A stretch of 64,000 nt of DNA, taken from positions 192,001-256,000 of the forward strand of contig CAVXJS010000010.1 in the NCBI GenBank assembly GCA_963762145.1, written 5' to 3'. Position numbers and translations under genes: made by a program. The notes under the pieces were generated by a model, which worked only from the letters and a program-made list of their open reading frames with translations, had not been told where the DNA came from and searched no databases. The DNA is from an uncultured Candidatus Rokubacteria bacterium (lineage in GTDB: Bacteria > Methylomirabilota > Methylomirabilia > Rokubacteriales > CSP1-6). Shown here piece after piece: positions 12,389-21,029 of this stretch; positions within the stretch are counted from its first letter, which is position 1; the number at the start of each line of letters is the position of its first letter.

Positions 12389-12404
12389 AGCAACGCGCGT
12401 GCCA
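12389..12404 (-). promoter_or_regulatory. Sigma-54 -24/-12 promoter
   Basis: The minus strand reads TGGCAC-GCGCG-TTGCT, an exact match. Palindrome GTAAACTTTAC is at 12510-12520. Confidence 0.85.
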
Positions 12405-12536
12405 GGATACGATCGCACGAACTCCGGCATTGTCACATGCTTGCAGATATGACCCACGACTCCTCCGGTATTAAGTTCCGGACGAAGTCAGAATAAACTT
12501 CCGCAGAGCGTAAACTTTACCGTTGCGGTTACGGCG

Positions 12537-12800
12537 TCACGTCATCAGGAACGCTACGAGTGCCACGAGGCGCGGCGCATTCTTCTCGATCCATTCGCGC
12601 GCGCGGCTCACCTCGAAGTTCTCGGCTTCCGCCTCGGTGGCGAAGCGGGTCTCGGAGATGGGCAGATCGATGTTGCGCTCGCCGGTCGGGGTGGCCTGCT
12701 GGATGGTGGTCACGGCCGACCACTTGCCGTCCTTCATGCGCTCGGACGCGATGGCGATGCTGTAGTCCCCCGGAGCCTCGAACCGCTTTCTCTGCACCAT
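12537..12800 (-). CDS. 87-aa hypothetical protein
   Basis: RBS GAGGTGA; MVQRKRF...RFATEAEAENFEVSRAREWIEK. Confidence 0.7.
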   Translation of the reverse strand: MVQRKRFEAPGDYSIAIASERMKDGKWSAVTTIQQATPTGERNIDLPISETRFATEAEAENFEVSRAREWIEKNAPRLVALVAFLMT

Positions 12801-12804
12801 CAAG

Positions 12805-13035
12805 TCACCTCGCTGATTGTGAAGTTCGCGGGAACGCTTCCTCGGGCCAGAGCCCGGGGACCACGGTCTGGCACGTGTAACGGCAGTGCGCGCACTCGAG
12901 CAATGCCACACTGGGGTGACCGTACTGGGTCACCGTGTGGATGGCTTTGAGGGGCCGGCTACATCGAGGGCACGGTCCGTCGGGGGAGCCTGAGCCCAAT
13001 CCCAATCCCACTGCGCCGCCGTTTAGTCGTCCCAT
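12805..13035 (-). CDS. Small Zn-ribbon-like protein
   Basis: RBS GGAGG before MGRLNGG; CPRC...CAHC motif. Confidence 0.6.
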   Translation of the reverse strand: MGRLNGGAVGLGLGSGSPDGPCPRCSRPLKAIHTVTQYGHPSVALLECAHCRYTCQTVVPGLWPEEAFPRTSQSAR

Positions 13036-13080
13036 GAGCGTGGCCTCCATTCCGACCGCCACCATTCTAGCCTCTTGCTG

Positions 13081-13096
13081 GGCAACGGGCATGCCG
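13081..13096 (-). promoter_or_regulatory. Sigma-54 -24/-12 promoter
   Basis: The minus strand reads CGGCAT-GCCCG-TTGCC. Palindrome GTAATTTCTAC is at 13164-13174. Confidence 0.65.
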
Positions 13097-13192
13097 GATG
13101 CAGAAGTGCGGAGTGGCGCGATGATATGAGGCGGTGTCCGCCGATAGCCGGTAAGAACGCCGTGTAATTTCTACAGCAAGAAGGAGAGAGCG

Positions 13193-13668
13193 ATGCGGAA
13201 GCGTGTGACCAGCCCGTCGCCGCCCGAGGCGGCCATGCAGGACCCCGAGTGGCTCGATCTGGAGCAGGTCGCTCAGGTCGAGGTGACGTCGGAGGACCCC
13301 GCGTACCCGATCGAAGCCGCGCTGGTGCCCGGCGTCGACTCCGGGTGGCGGGCCGCGCAGCCCGGCGAGCAGACGATCCGGCTGATCTTCGATCGGCCGC
13401 AGCGCGTGAGTCGCATGTGGCTGCTCTTCATCGAGTCGGATACGCTCCGCACGCACGAGTTCGTGCTGCGCTGGTCGCCGGACGGCGGGCGGTCGTTCCG
13501 CGAGGTCCTCCGCCAGCAGTGGAACTTCGGGCCGCCGGAGACGATCCGCGAGGCGGAGGACTATCGCGTCGAGCTCGCCGGAGTCACGGTGCTGGAGCTG
13601 GCGATCACCCCCGACAAGAGCGGGGAGAGGCACGGGCGTCGCTCGCGCAGTGGCGACTGGCCGGCTAG
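13193..13668 (+). CDS. Galactose-binding-like (carbohydrate-binding) protein with a 1-nt frameshift in the G run at about 13622
   Basis: RBS AAGGAG; WRAAQPGEQTIRLIFD and VLRQQWNF motifs. Adding one G gives the natural end PDKSGGEARASLAQWRLAG*. Confidence 0.7.
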
Positions 13669-13702
13669 CTGCGCGTCGCCGACGCCCGCCCCGGCTCAGC
13701 TG

Positions 13703-14038
13703 CTACTTGGGAAGGGTCGGCGCGCCCGGGACCGGCGGCCCGCAGGCGGTGCTCCCCGGCTGCCGGACCTGGCCGGGACCGCAGGGGAAGGTCGGCGAGG
13801 TACGGCCCGGGTCGCTGATGCTGGGCGGTACCGTGGTGCCTGGGGTGCCGGGCACGCCCGGGGTGCCTGGCGTGGTGCTGCTCGGCGGGCGCGGTGTTGG
13901 TGCCGGCGTCGGCGCGGGCGGAGCTCCGGGCGTCGGGAGGCCCGGGCTGCTCGGGGCAGTGCCTGGCGTCTGGGCCGCTGCCGTCCCGGTCAGGATCAGG
14001 GTCGTCGCCACGATGGTCAGGGAGGATTTCCAGGTCAT
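13703..14038 (-). CDS. Small secreted Pro/Thr/Gly-rich protein
   Basis: RBS AAGGAG, signal peptide (…TAAA/Q), PGTPG repeats and two C-terminal Cys. Confidence 0.7.
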   Translation of the reverse strand: MTWKSSLTIVATTLILTGTAAAQTPGTAPSSPGLPTPGAPPAPTPAPTPRPPSSTTPGTPGVPGTPGTTVPPSISDPGRTSPTFPCGPGQVRQPGSTACGPPVPGAPTLPK

Positions 14039-14064
14039 GGGTGGCTCCTTTCCTGACGTCAGTT

Positions 14065-14080
14065 CGCAAGGCGTGTGCCG
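14065..14080 (-). promoter_or_regulatory. Sigma-54 -24/-12 promoter
   Basis: The minus strand reads CGGCAC-ACGCC-TTGCG, 26 nt before the ATG at 14038. Confidence 0.75.
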
Positions 14081-14191
14081 GGATACCGAAGCTCGCATCG
14101 GGGGCGGGAGTCGGGGAAAGGCGTAAGTGCTGGGCGCGGTCGGGAAGAGTGTGCTGGGTGGAGCTTACCGACTGGCCTTGGGTCGCTCGGC

Positions 14192-14226
14192 CCCCTCACC
14201 CTGCCCTCTCCCCGGAGGGGAGAGGG
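14192..14226 (+). repeat. REP-like hairpin
   Basis: CCCCTCACCCTGCCCTCTCCCCGGAGGGGAGAGGG. Confidence 0.85.
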
Positions 14227-14235
14227 GGAGATCGG

Positions 14236-14604
14236 TTACTGGAGGAGGCGGCGGATGGCGCGACGGAGCGCTGTGATCTTGAAGGGCTTGGGGAGCAGGG
14301 GGGCGTGGATGACCTTCAGGAAGCCTTCGAAGGCGGCGTTGTTGGCCAGCGGCGAGACGAAGACGAAGTGTGGGGGGTTGCTCGGCCAGCGACTCCGCAC
14401 CGCGGAGTAGAGGCTCGGGCCGTCCACCTCGGGCATCATCAGGTCGGAGACGATCAGGTCGTAGCACTTCCGGCCGAGCAGGCGCAGGGCTTCGAAGCCG
14501 TTGCCGCTGGCGTCCACCTCATGGCCGTCTGCCCGGAGGCTCGAGACGATGAGGTCCCGGGCGCCCTGGTCGTCCTCGACCACGAGAATGCGGCCGGTGG
14601 TCAT
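14236..14604 (-). CDS. Single-domain response regulator (receiver)
   Basis: ILVVEDD, DLIVSDLMMPEVDG and KPF motifs. Confidence 0.9.
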   Translation of the reverse strand: MTTGRILVVEDDQGARDLIVSSLRADGHEVDASGNGFEALRLLGRKCYDLIVSDLMMPEVDGPSLYSAVRSRWPSNPPHFVFVSPLANNAAFEGFLKVIHAPLLPKPFKITALRRAIRRLLQ

Positions 14605-14644
14605 CTGAGTGCTCCCCTGGAGTCCCATGACGGCTCCTGTATGG

Positions 14645-14660
14645 TGCATCGCCAGTGCCA
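14645..14660 (-). promoter_or_regulatory. Sigma-54 -24/-12 promoter
   Basis: The minus strand reads TGGCAC-TGGCG-ATGCA. Palindrome GTAGGAACTAC is at 14737-14747. Confidence 0.7.
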
Positions 14661-14743
14661 CGCGGAAAGCGACATGACAGCGGTACCTTACGAGCCAGGC
14701 GCCGCGAGGATGTTCGGCGCCTGACGCTTGTGGTCTGTAGGAA

Positions 14744-17101
14744 CTACCTGGGGCCGCCCGCTGAGCGCATGGCCTGCCACACGCGCTCGGGACTCACGGG
14801 CATGTCGAGGTGGCGGACGCCCAGGGGAGCCAGGGCGTCGTTGACCGCGTTCATCAGGGCGGGCAGGGCGCCCACCGTGCCGGCCTCACCCACGCCCTTG
14901 GCTCCCAGCGGGTTCACCCGGGTGGGCACCTCGTGGGCGTCCACGTCGAAGAGCGGCACCTCGTCGGCCCGCGGCATCGCGTAGTCCATGAACGACCCCG
15001 TGAGCACCTGGCCCGTCTCGTCGTAGGTCAGCTCCTCGGCGAGCGCCTGGCCCAGGCCCTGGACGGCGCCCCCGTGGATCTGCCCCTTCACCAGCAGCGG
15101 GTTGATCATGCGGCCGACGTCGTCCACCACGGTGTAGCGCAGCACGCGCACCACGCCGGTCTCGGCGTCCACCTCGACCTCGCAGACGTGGCACCCGTTC
15201 GGGAAGGTGACCGCGGGCGGCGTGAACGCGGCGGTATCGCTCCAGCCGGGCTCGAGGCCAGGCGGCAGCGCGCGCGGCTGATACGCGGTGCGGGCCACGC
15301 GGCTCCACGCGACGTCGCGGTCGGTGCCGGCGACGACGAACTTCCCGTCGCGGAGCGCCACGTCCTCCGGCGCCGCCTCCAGCAAGTGCGCGGCGATGCG
15401 GCGGCCGCGCTCGATCGTCTTCTCGGTGGCGCGCAGCACCGCCGAGCCGCCGACCGAGATGGCGCCGGAGCCGCCGTTGCCGCGGCCCGCGTCGAGCGCG
15501 TCGCTGTCGCCCGAGAAGACCTGGATGCGGTCGGGCGTCAGGCCGAGCCGGTCGCTCACGATCTGGGTGAACGCGGTCTCGTTGCCCTGGCCCATGGAGG
15601 TCGAGCCCGCGAAGAGCGAGACCGAGCCGTCGGGGTTGACGCGCACCTCCGCGGTGTCGGGGTTGACCGCGGTGTAGGGGCCGCCCGCGACCTCGATCGG
15701 GTTGGCGATGCCGAGGCCCAGGAGCTTGCCGTGCGCGCGGGCCTCGGCCCGCCGCCGCTCGAAGCCCGCGCGGTCGGACTGGGTCAGCGCCATCGTCATG
15801 CTGCGCTCGAAGTCGCCGCAGTCGTAGGTGAAGACGAGGCCGGTCTTGAACGGCATCGCGGAGGGCGGGATCAGGTTGCGGCGGCGCAGATCGACCGGGT
15901 CGATGCCGAGCTCGCGCGCGGCCACGTCGATCACGCGCTCGATCGCGTAGGTCGCCTCGGGGCGGCCGGCGCCGCGGTACGGCCCGGTGGGCGTGGTGTT
16001 GGTGAACACGCCGGTGCTCTCGATGTGGATCGCGGGCGTGGTGTAGACGCCGGCGAGGCCGCCCACGTTGTTGGTGGCGGGGCCCGCGCTGCGCGGGGTC
16101 AGGTACGCGCCGATGTCCACCTTCAGCGCGACGCGCAGGCCGAGGAAGCGGCCGCCCGCGTCGAGCGCCAGCTCCGCGGTGGTCACGTTGTCGCGGCCGT
16201 GCTCGTCGCTCAGGAAGCCCTCGCGGCGGCTCGACGTCCACTTCACCGGCCGGCCGAGGCGCTTGGCGGCCCAGAGGACCAGCACCAGCTCCGGATAGAT
16301 GCCGCTGCGCATGCCGAAGCTGCCGCCGACCTCGCTCGTGACCACGCGCACCTGGCCGTGGGGCACGCGGAAGATCTGCTCGGCGAGGATGGACCGGAGC
16401 CCGTGCGGGCCCTGGATGCCGGTGTGCAGCGTGTAGCGGCCGGTGCGGCGGTCGAACTCGCCGACCGCGGCGCGCGGCTCCATCGGCGCGGCGGCCACGC
16501 GCGTCACCACGAAGTCGAGCCGCGTGACGTGCGCGGCGCTCGCGAAGGCGCGCGCCACCGCGTCGCGCGAGCCGGCCTCCCAGACGAAGGCCACGTTGTC
16601 GGGCGCCTCGTCCCAGACCGCGGGCGCGGCGCCGCTCGTGGCGCGCGCGGCGCCCGTCACCGGGGGCAGGGGCGCGTAGTCGAGGGCCACCAGCTCCGCG
16701 GCGTCGGCGGCCGCTTCCGGGGTCGTGGCCACCACGAGCGCGATGGGATCACCCACGTGGCGGACGCGCTCGCGGATCAGCGCGGGGCGCGGGGTGGGGA
16801 ACGCGGGCGCGCCGTCGCGGCGCTTGCGCGACCCATCGGTCGGCAGGTGGCCGAGGCCGTCGGCCGCGAGGTCGGCGCCGGTGAGCACCGCGAGCACGCC
16901 GGGCGCGCGGAGCGCCGCCGCGGGGTCGATGCCGCGGATGCGGGCGTGCGCGTGGGGCGAGCGCAGCACCACCGCGTAGGCCTGGCGCGGCAGGCTCACG
17001 TCGTCGGAGTAGCGGCCGAGCCCCTGGACCAGGCGCGGGTCTTCGAGGCGCGAGACGGACTGGCCCATCGCGAATTTCTGGACGGTGATCGGCTCGCTCA
17101 T
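14744..17101 (-). CDS. Xanthine dehydrogenase-family molybdopterin-binding subunit (CoxL-like)
   Basis: REDPRLVQG-like N-terminus, [21 protein letters not shown] and GAKGVGEAG motifs. Confidence 0.92.
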   Translation of the reverse strand: MSEPITVQKFAMGQSVSRLEDPRLVQGLGRYSDDVSLPRQAYAVVLRSPHAHARIRGIDPAAALRAPGVLAVLTGADLAADGLGHLPTDGSRKRRDGAPAFPTPRPALIRERVRHVGDPIALVVATTPEAAADAAELVALDYAPLPPVTGAARATSGAAPAVWDEAPDNVAFVWEAGSRDAVARAFASAAHVTRLDFVVTRVAAAPMEPRAAVGEFDRRTGRYTLHTGIQGPHGLRSILAEQIFRVPHGQVRVVTSEVGGSFGMRSGIYPELVLVLWAAKRLGRPVKWTSSRREGFLSDEHGRDNVTTAELALDAGGRFLGLRVALKVDIGAYLTPRSAGPATNNVGGLAGVYTTPAIHIESTGVFTNTTPTGPYRGAGRPEATYAIERVIDVAARELGIDPVDLRRRNLIPPSAMPFKTGLVFTYDCGDFERSMTMALTQSDRAGFERRRAEARAHGKLLGLGIANPIEVAGGPYTAVNPDTAEVRVNPDGSVSLFAGSTSMGQGNETAFTQIVSDRLGLTPDRIQVFSGDSDALDAGRGNGGSGAISVGGSAVLRATEKTIERGRRIAAHLLEAAPEDVALRDGKFVVAGTDRDVAWSRVARTAYQPRALPPGLEPGWSDTAAFTPPAVTFPNGCHVCEVEVDAETGVVRVLRYTVVDDVGRMINPLLVKGQIHGGAVQGLGQALAEELTYDETGQVLTGSFMDYAMPRADEVPLFDVDAHEVPTRVNPLGAKGVGEAGTVGALPALMNAVNDALAPLGVRHLDMPVSPERVWQAMRSAGGPR

Positions 17102-17158
17102 GGGGGCGGGCCGCTACTATGCCACGCGGGCGGGAGACGGGCAAACCACCCCTCAGAA

Positions 17159-17394
17159 CCCTCTCCCCGCTGGGGAGAGGGCAGGGTGAGGGGCGGGGAG
17201 GTGAGGGGCGGGAGGTGAGAGGGGCGGGGAGGTGAGGGGCGAGGTCGGCCGACGTATTACCGAGGCGCGCGTCCGCTTCGAAAGGTCGTCCTCAAGGCCC
17301 GAACCACGGACCCCTCACCCTACCCTCTCCCCCGAGGGGAGAGGGTGTGTTTGGACGGACCCCTCACCCTGCCCTCTCCCGAGGGTGTGTTTGG
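17159..17394. repeat. Composite REP-like cluster (three copies plus amplified tails)
   Basis: A reverse copy at 17159-17193 is followed by GGAGGTGAGGGGC iterations to 17240. A directly duplicated unit lies at 17306-17354 and 17355-17394. Confidence 0.85.
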
Positions 17395-17402
17395 GGTGTT
17401 GG

Positions 17403-18998
17403 CTAGCGGCGGGCGAGGCGGGCGAAGGCGGGGAGATAGGGCCGGACGACGCCGAGGCCGGTGCGATCGGCCAGCGCGCGGACCAGCTCGCGGACGTTGC
17501 CGCGGGCGCCCGGGTCGTGCAGCCGGAGCGACAGCATCGCGGAGGCCAGACGGCCCACCGCGGAGAGCAGGAAGAGCACGTGCAGGTTGCTCCACGCCTC
17601 GCCGGCGAGATCGAAGTGCGTCGGGATGAGCGCGGCGAGCTGGCCGGCGAGGATCGAGGCCAGGCCGAAGCCCAGGCCGCCCGCGGTGGCGAACGTGGCC
17701 AGGTAGAACGGCCGCGACGCGCGCGGGGCCAGGCCGATGGTCAGGTCGAAGGCGGCGATGTTGTGCCCCGACCACAGGAAGGCGGCGAAGATCGCGTCCA
17801 GCGCGATCGGCCACAGGCGATCCGGCGTGACGAAGAACCACGTCAGCGGCACGGCCGCGATCCCGAAGGAGCAGAAGACCACCACGGGCCCGGCGCCGAT
17901 GCGGTCCACCGCGTGGCCCCAGAACCGGGCGGAGGCCATGCGCACCACGGCCACCCCGACGCCGTGGGCGGCCACCACCAGGAAGCCGGTGTGGAGGTTC
18001 GTCAGCATGTGGTACGCGAAGAAGCTGGCCGAGATGCCCACCGCCGCGTTCCAGGCGAAGAGGTAGCCGAGGAAAGGCCGCACGCGCCGGTCGCGCAGCG
18101 TGAGCCGGAGCGCCTGCCAGGCCGAGACGTCCGCCTCCACGGCCAGCGGGGGCTCGTGCTGGCGGAGCATCAGCACCACGCTCACCACGCCGGCCAGGAA
18201 GGCGGCGCCGGTGAGGATCGAGAGCGCGGCGCCGGTCCAGCCGATCGGCGCGAGCCGGTCCAGCAGGATCGCGGCCGCGAGCGAGGTCAGGGTGCCCGCG
18301 AGGCTCAGGAAGACCGTGCGACGCCCGAAGAAGCGCCCGCGCAGGCGGTCGGGCACGAGGTCGCCCATCCAGGCCACCCAGGCGCTGTTGCCGATCACGC
18401 TCGCCACCGTGCTGATCGCGACGATGCCGAGGAAGAGATCGAGCTTCGTCTCCGGCCCCGCGTCGAGCGTCGGAAGCGCGAGGAGCGGGAGAAACGTCAG
18501 GCGCGAGATGCCGACGGCCCAGAGGGCCACCGTCTTGCGGCTGCGCGCGTTCGTGAACCAGGCGGCGGGCAGGCTCGCCACCTGGGCGCCGAGCGGGAGC
18601 GCGCCGAGGAAGCCGATGATCGCGGCGCTCGCGCCCAGGTAGAGCGCCCAGCCGGTGATGACGGCGCCGGTGGCGCACGCGGCAAAAATTTCCGCGAAGG
18701 CGCCCTCCGCCACCGCGGCGTTCAGCGAGCGGCGCAGCCGGCCTCCGGCGGCCGGAGTCTGGCCGGGCGCGCGGTCCGACCCGGGGGCCCCGGTCAGCGC
18801 GGGGCTCGAGGCGGGAACAGATTCGGCCTGCGGGATCGAGAAGGCGGAGGCGATGCGGGCGAGCGAGGCCAGCACGGCGGAGGCACGAATCGTCTTCAAG
18901 GCAGCATTCGCAATTGCACGTCGCGGGCCATCACGCGTCGCTTGATTTGACGCGGGTTCGCGTAGTTGCGGGATCCGCGCGGGCCGGGGCAGCGACAT
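17403..18998 (-). CDS. MFS transporter (start uncertain)
   Basis: Multi-pass membrane protein with WVAWMGDLVPDRLRGRFFG and WGHAVDRIG motifs. Confidence 0.85.
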   Translation of the reverse strand: MSLPRPARIPQLREPASNQATRDGPRRAIANAALKTIRASAVLASLARIASAFSIPQAESVPASSPALTGAPGSDRAPGQTPAAGGRLRRSLNAAVAEGAFAEIFAACATGAVITGWALYLGASAAIIGFLGALPLGAQVASLPAAWFTNARSRKTVALWAVGISRLTFLPLLALPTLDAGPETKLDLFLGIVAISTVASVIGNSAWVAWMGDLVPDRLRGRFFGRRTVFLSLAGTLTSLAAAILLDRLAPIGWTGAALSILTGAAFLAGVVSVVLMLRQHEPPLAVEADVSAWQALRLTLRDRRVRPFLGYLFAWNAAVGISASFFAYHMLTNLHTGFLVVAAHGVGVAVVRMASARFWGHAVDRIGAGPVVVFCSFGIAAVPLTWFFVTPDRLWPIALDAIFAAFLWSGHNIAAFDLTIGLAPRASRPFYLATFATAGGLGFGLASILAGQLAALIPTHFDLAGEAWSNLHVLFLLSAVGRLASAMLSLRLHDPGARGNVRELVRALADRTGLGVVRPYLPAFARLARR

Positions 18999-19056
18999 CC
19001 GGCGTCAGCGGACTGACACGCTTCGGCCAGGCTTCGGATGAGGTAGACTCCCGCCA

Positions 19057-20007
19057 ATGCGAATCGGCGTGCTCATTCCCACGCGCGGCGCGGTGATGGA
19101 GTCGGCGCGGCGGCCTCCCGTCGAGACCTGCTGGACCATGGCCCGCCGGGCCGACCAGGCCGGTTACGACGCGGTCTGGGTAGGCGACAGCATCGTGGCC
19201 AAGCCGCGGCTCGACGCCGTGACGACCCTGGCCTACCTGGCCGGGATCACCACGCGGGTGCGCCTGGGCACCGCGGTCCTGCTCCCGGCGCTCCGTCACC
19301 CGGTGGTGCTGGCCCAGCAGCTCGCCAACATCGACCAGATCTCCCAGGGTCGCCTGGTGCTGGGGCTGGGCGTGGGCTGGAGCCTGCCCAGCGCCGAGCG
19401 CGAGTGGGCGGCGTGCGGGGCCAATCACAAGGCGCGCGTGCGCCGGCTCGAGGAGCACATCGCGATCTGGCGCAAGCTCTGGACCGGGGACCCGGTGACC
19501 CATCAGGGGGAGGACCTCGACCTGGTGGACCACACCATCGGGCCGCTGCCCTGGCGCAGCGAGGGGCCGCCGGTGCTCATCACCGCGGGCAACCGCGGGG
19601 AGCTGCTGCCCGCGCAGTTCGAGCGCTTCGGGCGGCTGGGCGACGGCATCATCACGACCTACGTGCACTTCGAGGAGATCCCGGTGATCCGCGAGCGCGC
19701 GCTCGAGGCGCTGGCCCGGCACGGCCGGCCGCGCGCGGAGCTTCCCCTCTGCGTGTACACCACCGTGCGGCTCGACGACGACGTGGCGACCGCCCAGCGC
19801 GTCACGAGCGAGTTTCTCGCGACCTACTATGGCGGCGGCGTGCACGAGCGGGGCGCGATGGGCCTGGGGCCGGCGTCGGTGGTGATCGAGACGGTCAGGC
19901 GCTACGCGGCGGCCGGGGCCACCGATCTGTGCATCCGGTTCGTCGGGAACGATCAGGCGGCGCAGCTCGATCGGTTCACGGCGGAGGTGTTGCCCGCGGT
20001 GCGGTAG
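19057..20007 (+). CDS. LLM-class flavin-dependent oxidoreductase
   Basis: GYDAVWVGDS, RVRLGTAVLLPALRHPV and GRLVLGLGVG motifs. Confidence 0.9.
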   Translation: MRIGVLIPTRGAVMESARRPPVETCWTMARRADQAGYDAVWVGDSIVAKPRLDAVTTLAYLAGITTRVRLGTAVLLPALRHPVVLAQQLANIDQISQGRLVLGLGVGWSLPSAEREWAACGANHKARVRRLEEHIAIWRKLWTGDPVTHQGEDLDLVDHTIGPLPWRSEGPPVLITAGNRGELLPAQFERFGRLGDGIITTYVHFEEIPVIRERALEALARHGRPRAELPLCVYTTVRLDDDVATAQRVTSEFLATYYGGGVHERGAMGLGPASVVIETVRRYAAAGATDLCIRFVGNDQAAQLDRFTAEVLPAVR

Positions 20008-20027
20008 CCCTTCACCCCTCGAGGCCA

Positions 20028-20062
20028 CCCCTCACCCTGCCCTCTCCCCTGAGGGGAGAGGG
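20028..20062 (+). repeat. REP-like hairpin
   Basis: CCCCTCACCCTGCCCTCTCCCCTGAGGGGAGAGGG. Confidence 0.85.
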
Positions 20063-20075
20063 TCATGGAGGAGAT

Positions 20076-20519
20076 ATGAGCGAGTTTCCGAAGCTGACTT
20101 ACGAGGCGCTGACGGTCGGGGAGGAGTTCGTGTCGGATACGCACCTGGTGACGCCGGAGGACATCGAGGCGTACGCCTTCGCGGTGGACGATCATCATCC
20201 GTGGTTCGAGGGGCCGTCGCCGTTCGGGGGGTCGGTCGCGCATCCGACCCTGATGGCGAATCAGGCCCTGCACCTGCGGCACAGCAAGTACATCGTGCAC
20301 GCGGGGCTCCACGCCAAGATGGAGTTCAACTTCCTCGAGCCGGTGCGGCCGGGCATGCGCGTGCAGACGCGCGGGCAGGTCATCGACAAGTACGAGCGCC
20401 GCGGACGGCAGTACATGGTCACCGAGTACGTCACGCGAGACGAGCAGGGGACGCCGCTCGTCCGCGGGCAGTTCACCCAGATGCTGATCCCGGAGGGCAC
20501 GCGCCATGTCGGTCGCTGA
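20076..20519 (+). CDS. MaoC/hot-dog-fold dehydratase-like protein
   Basis: RBS GGAGGAG; YAFAVDDHHPWF, FNFLEPVRPG and DKYERRGR motifs. Confidence 0.85.
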   Translation: MSEFPKLTYEALTVGEEFVSDTHLVTPEDIEAYAFAVDDHHPWFEGPSPFGGSVAHPTLMANQALHLRHSKYIVHAGLHAKMEFNFLEPVRPGMRVQTRGQVIDKYERRGRQYMVTEYVTRDEQGTPLVRGQFTQMLIPEGTRHVGR

Positions 20520-20922
20520 GGCGGTCGCGGTCGGGGCGGAGCTTCCCGCGCTCACGAAGGAGATGACGCAGCGGCGGATCGACGTCTACTCGGGCGTGAA
20601 GCCGCGCTCGATCCACACCGACGAGGCGTGGGCGCACCAGAAGGGGTTCCGCACCACGCTGGCGCAGGGGATGATGTCGACCGCCTACGTCTCGGAGATG
20701 ATGACGCGGCTCCTCGGCGCGGGCTTCGTCAAGGGTGGCACGCTGTCCATGGCGTTCATCAAGCCGGTCTACGCGGGGGACCGGCTCACCGTGCACGGGG
20801 TCGTGAAGGAGACGCGGCCCGAGGGCCGCGGCACCCGCGTGGTCGTCGAGGTGTGGTGCCAGAACCAGCACGGCGAGAAGACCGCGGTGGGGACGGCGAG
20901 CGGGCTCCGGACGGAGGCCTGA
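20506..20922 (+). CDS. MaoC-family dehydratase
   Basis: SIHTDEAWA-GF-TLAQGM and FIKPVYAGD motifs. Confidence 0.85.
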   Translation: MSVAEAVAVGAELPALTKEMTQRRIDVYSGVKPRSIHTDEAWAHQKGFRTTLAQGMMSTAYVSEMMTRLLGAGFVKGGTLSMAFIKPVYAGDRLTVHGVVKETRPEGRGTRVVVEVWCQNQHGEKTAVGTASGLRTEA

Positions 20923-21029
20923 TGAGGGAGCTTCACCCGAGAGCCTGCTGACCCGGGCCGGCTTCAAGCAGATCCCCGCCGACACGCCGAAGCGGGTGGA
21001 GCACCTGCAGACGGTGGCCCCGCACCGGG

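Noticed and set aside
14744-17101. Aerobic CO dehydrogenase CoxL form I
   Set aside because: It lacks the AYxCSFR loop and any coxMS or coxDEFG context; the other two subunits also lack that loop.
14810-17218. Long antisense or alternative-frame ORFs (also 1633-3885, 40010-42346, 47720-49600)
   Set aside because: These are shadow ORFs expected in high-GC DNA; they have no motifs and overlap clear genes.
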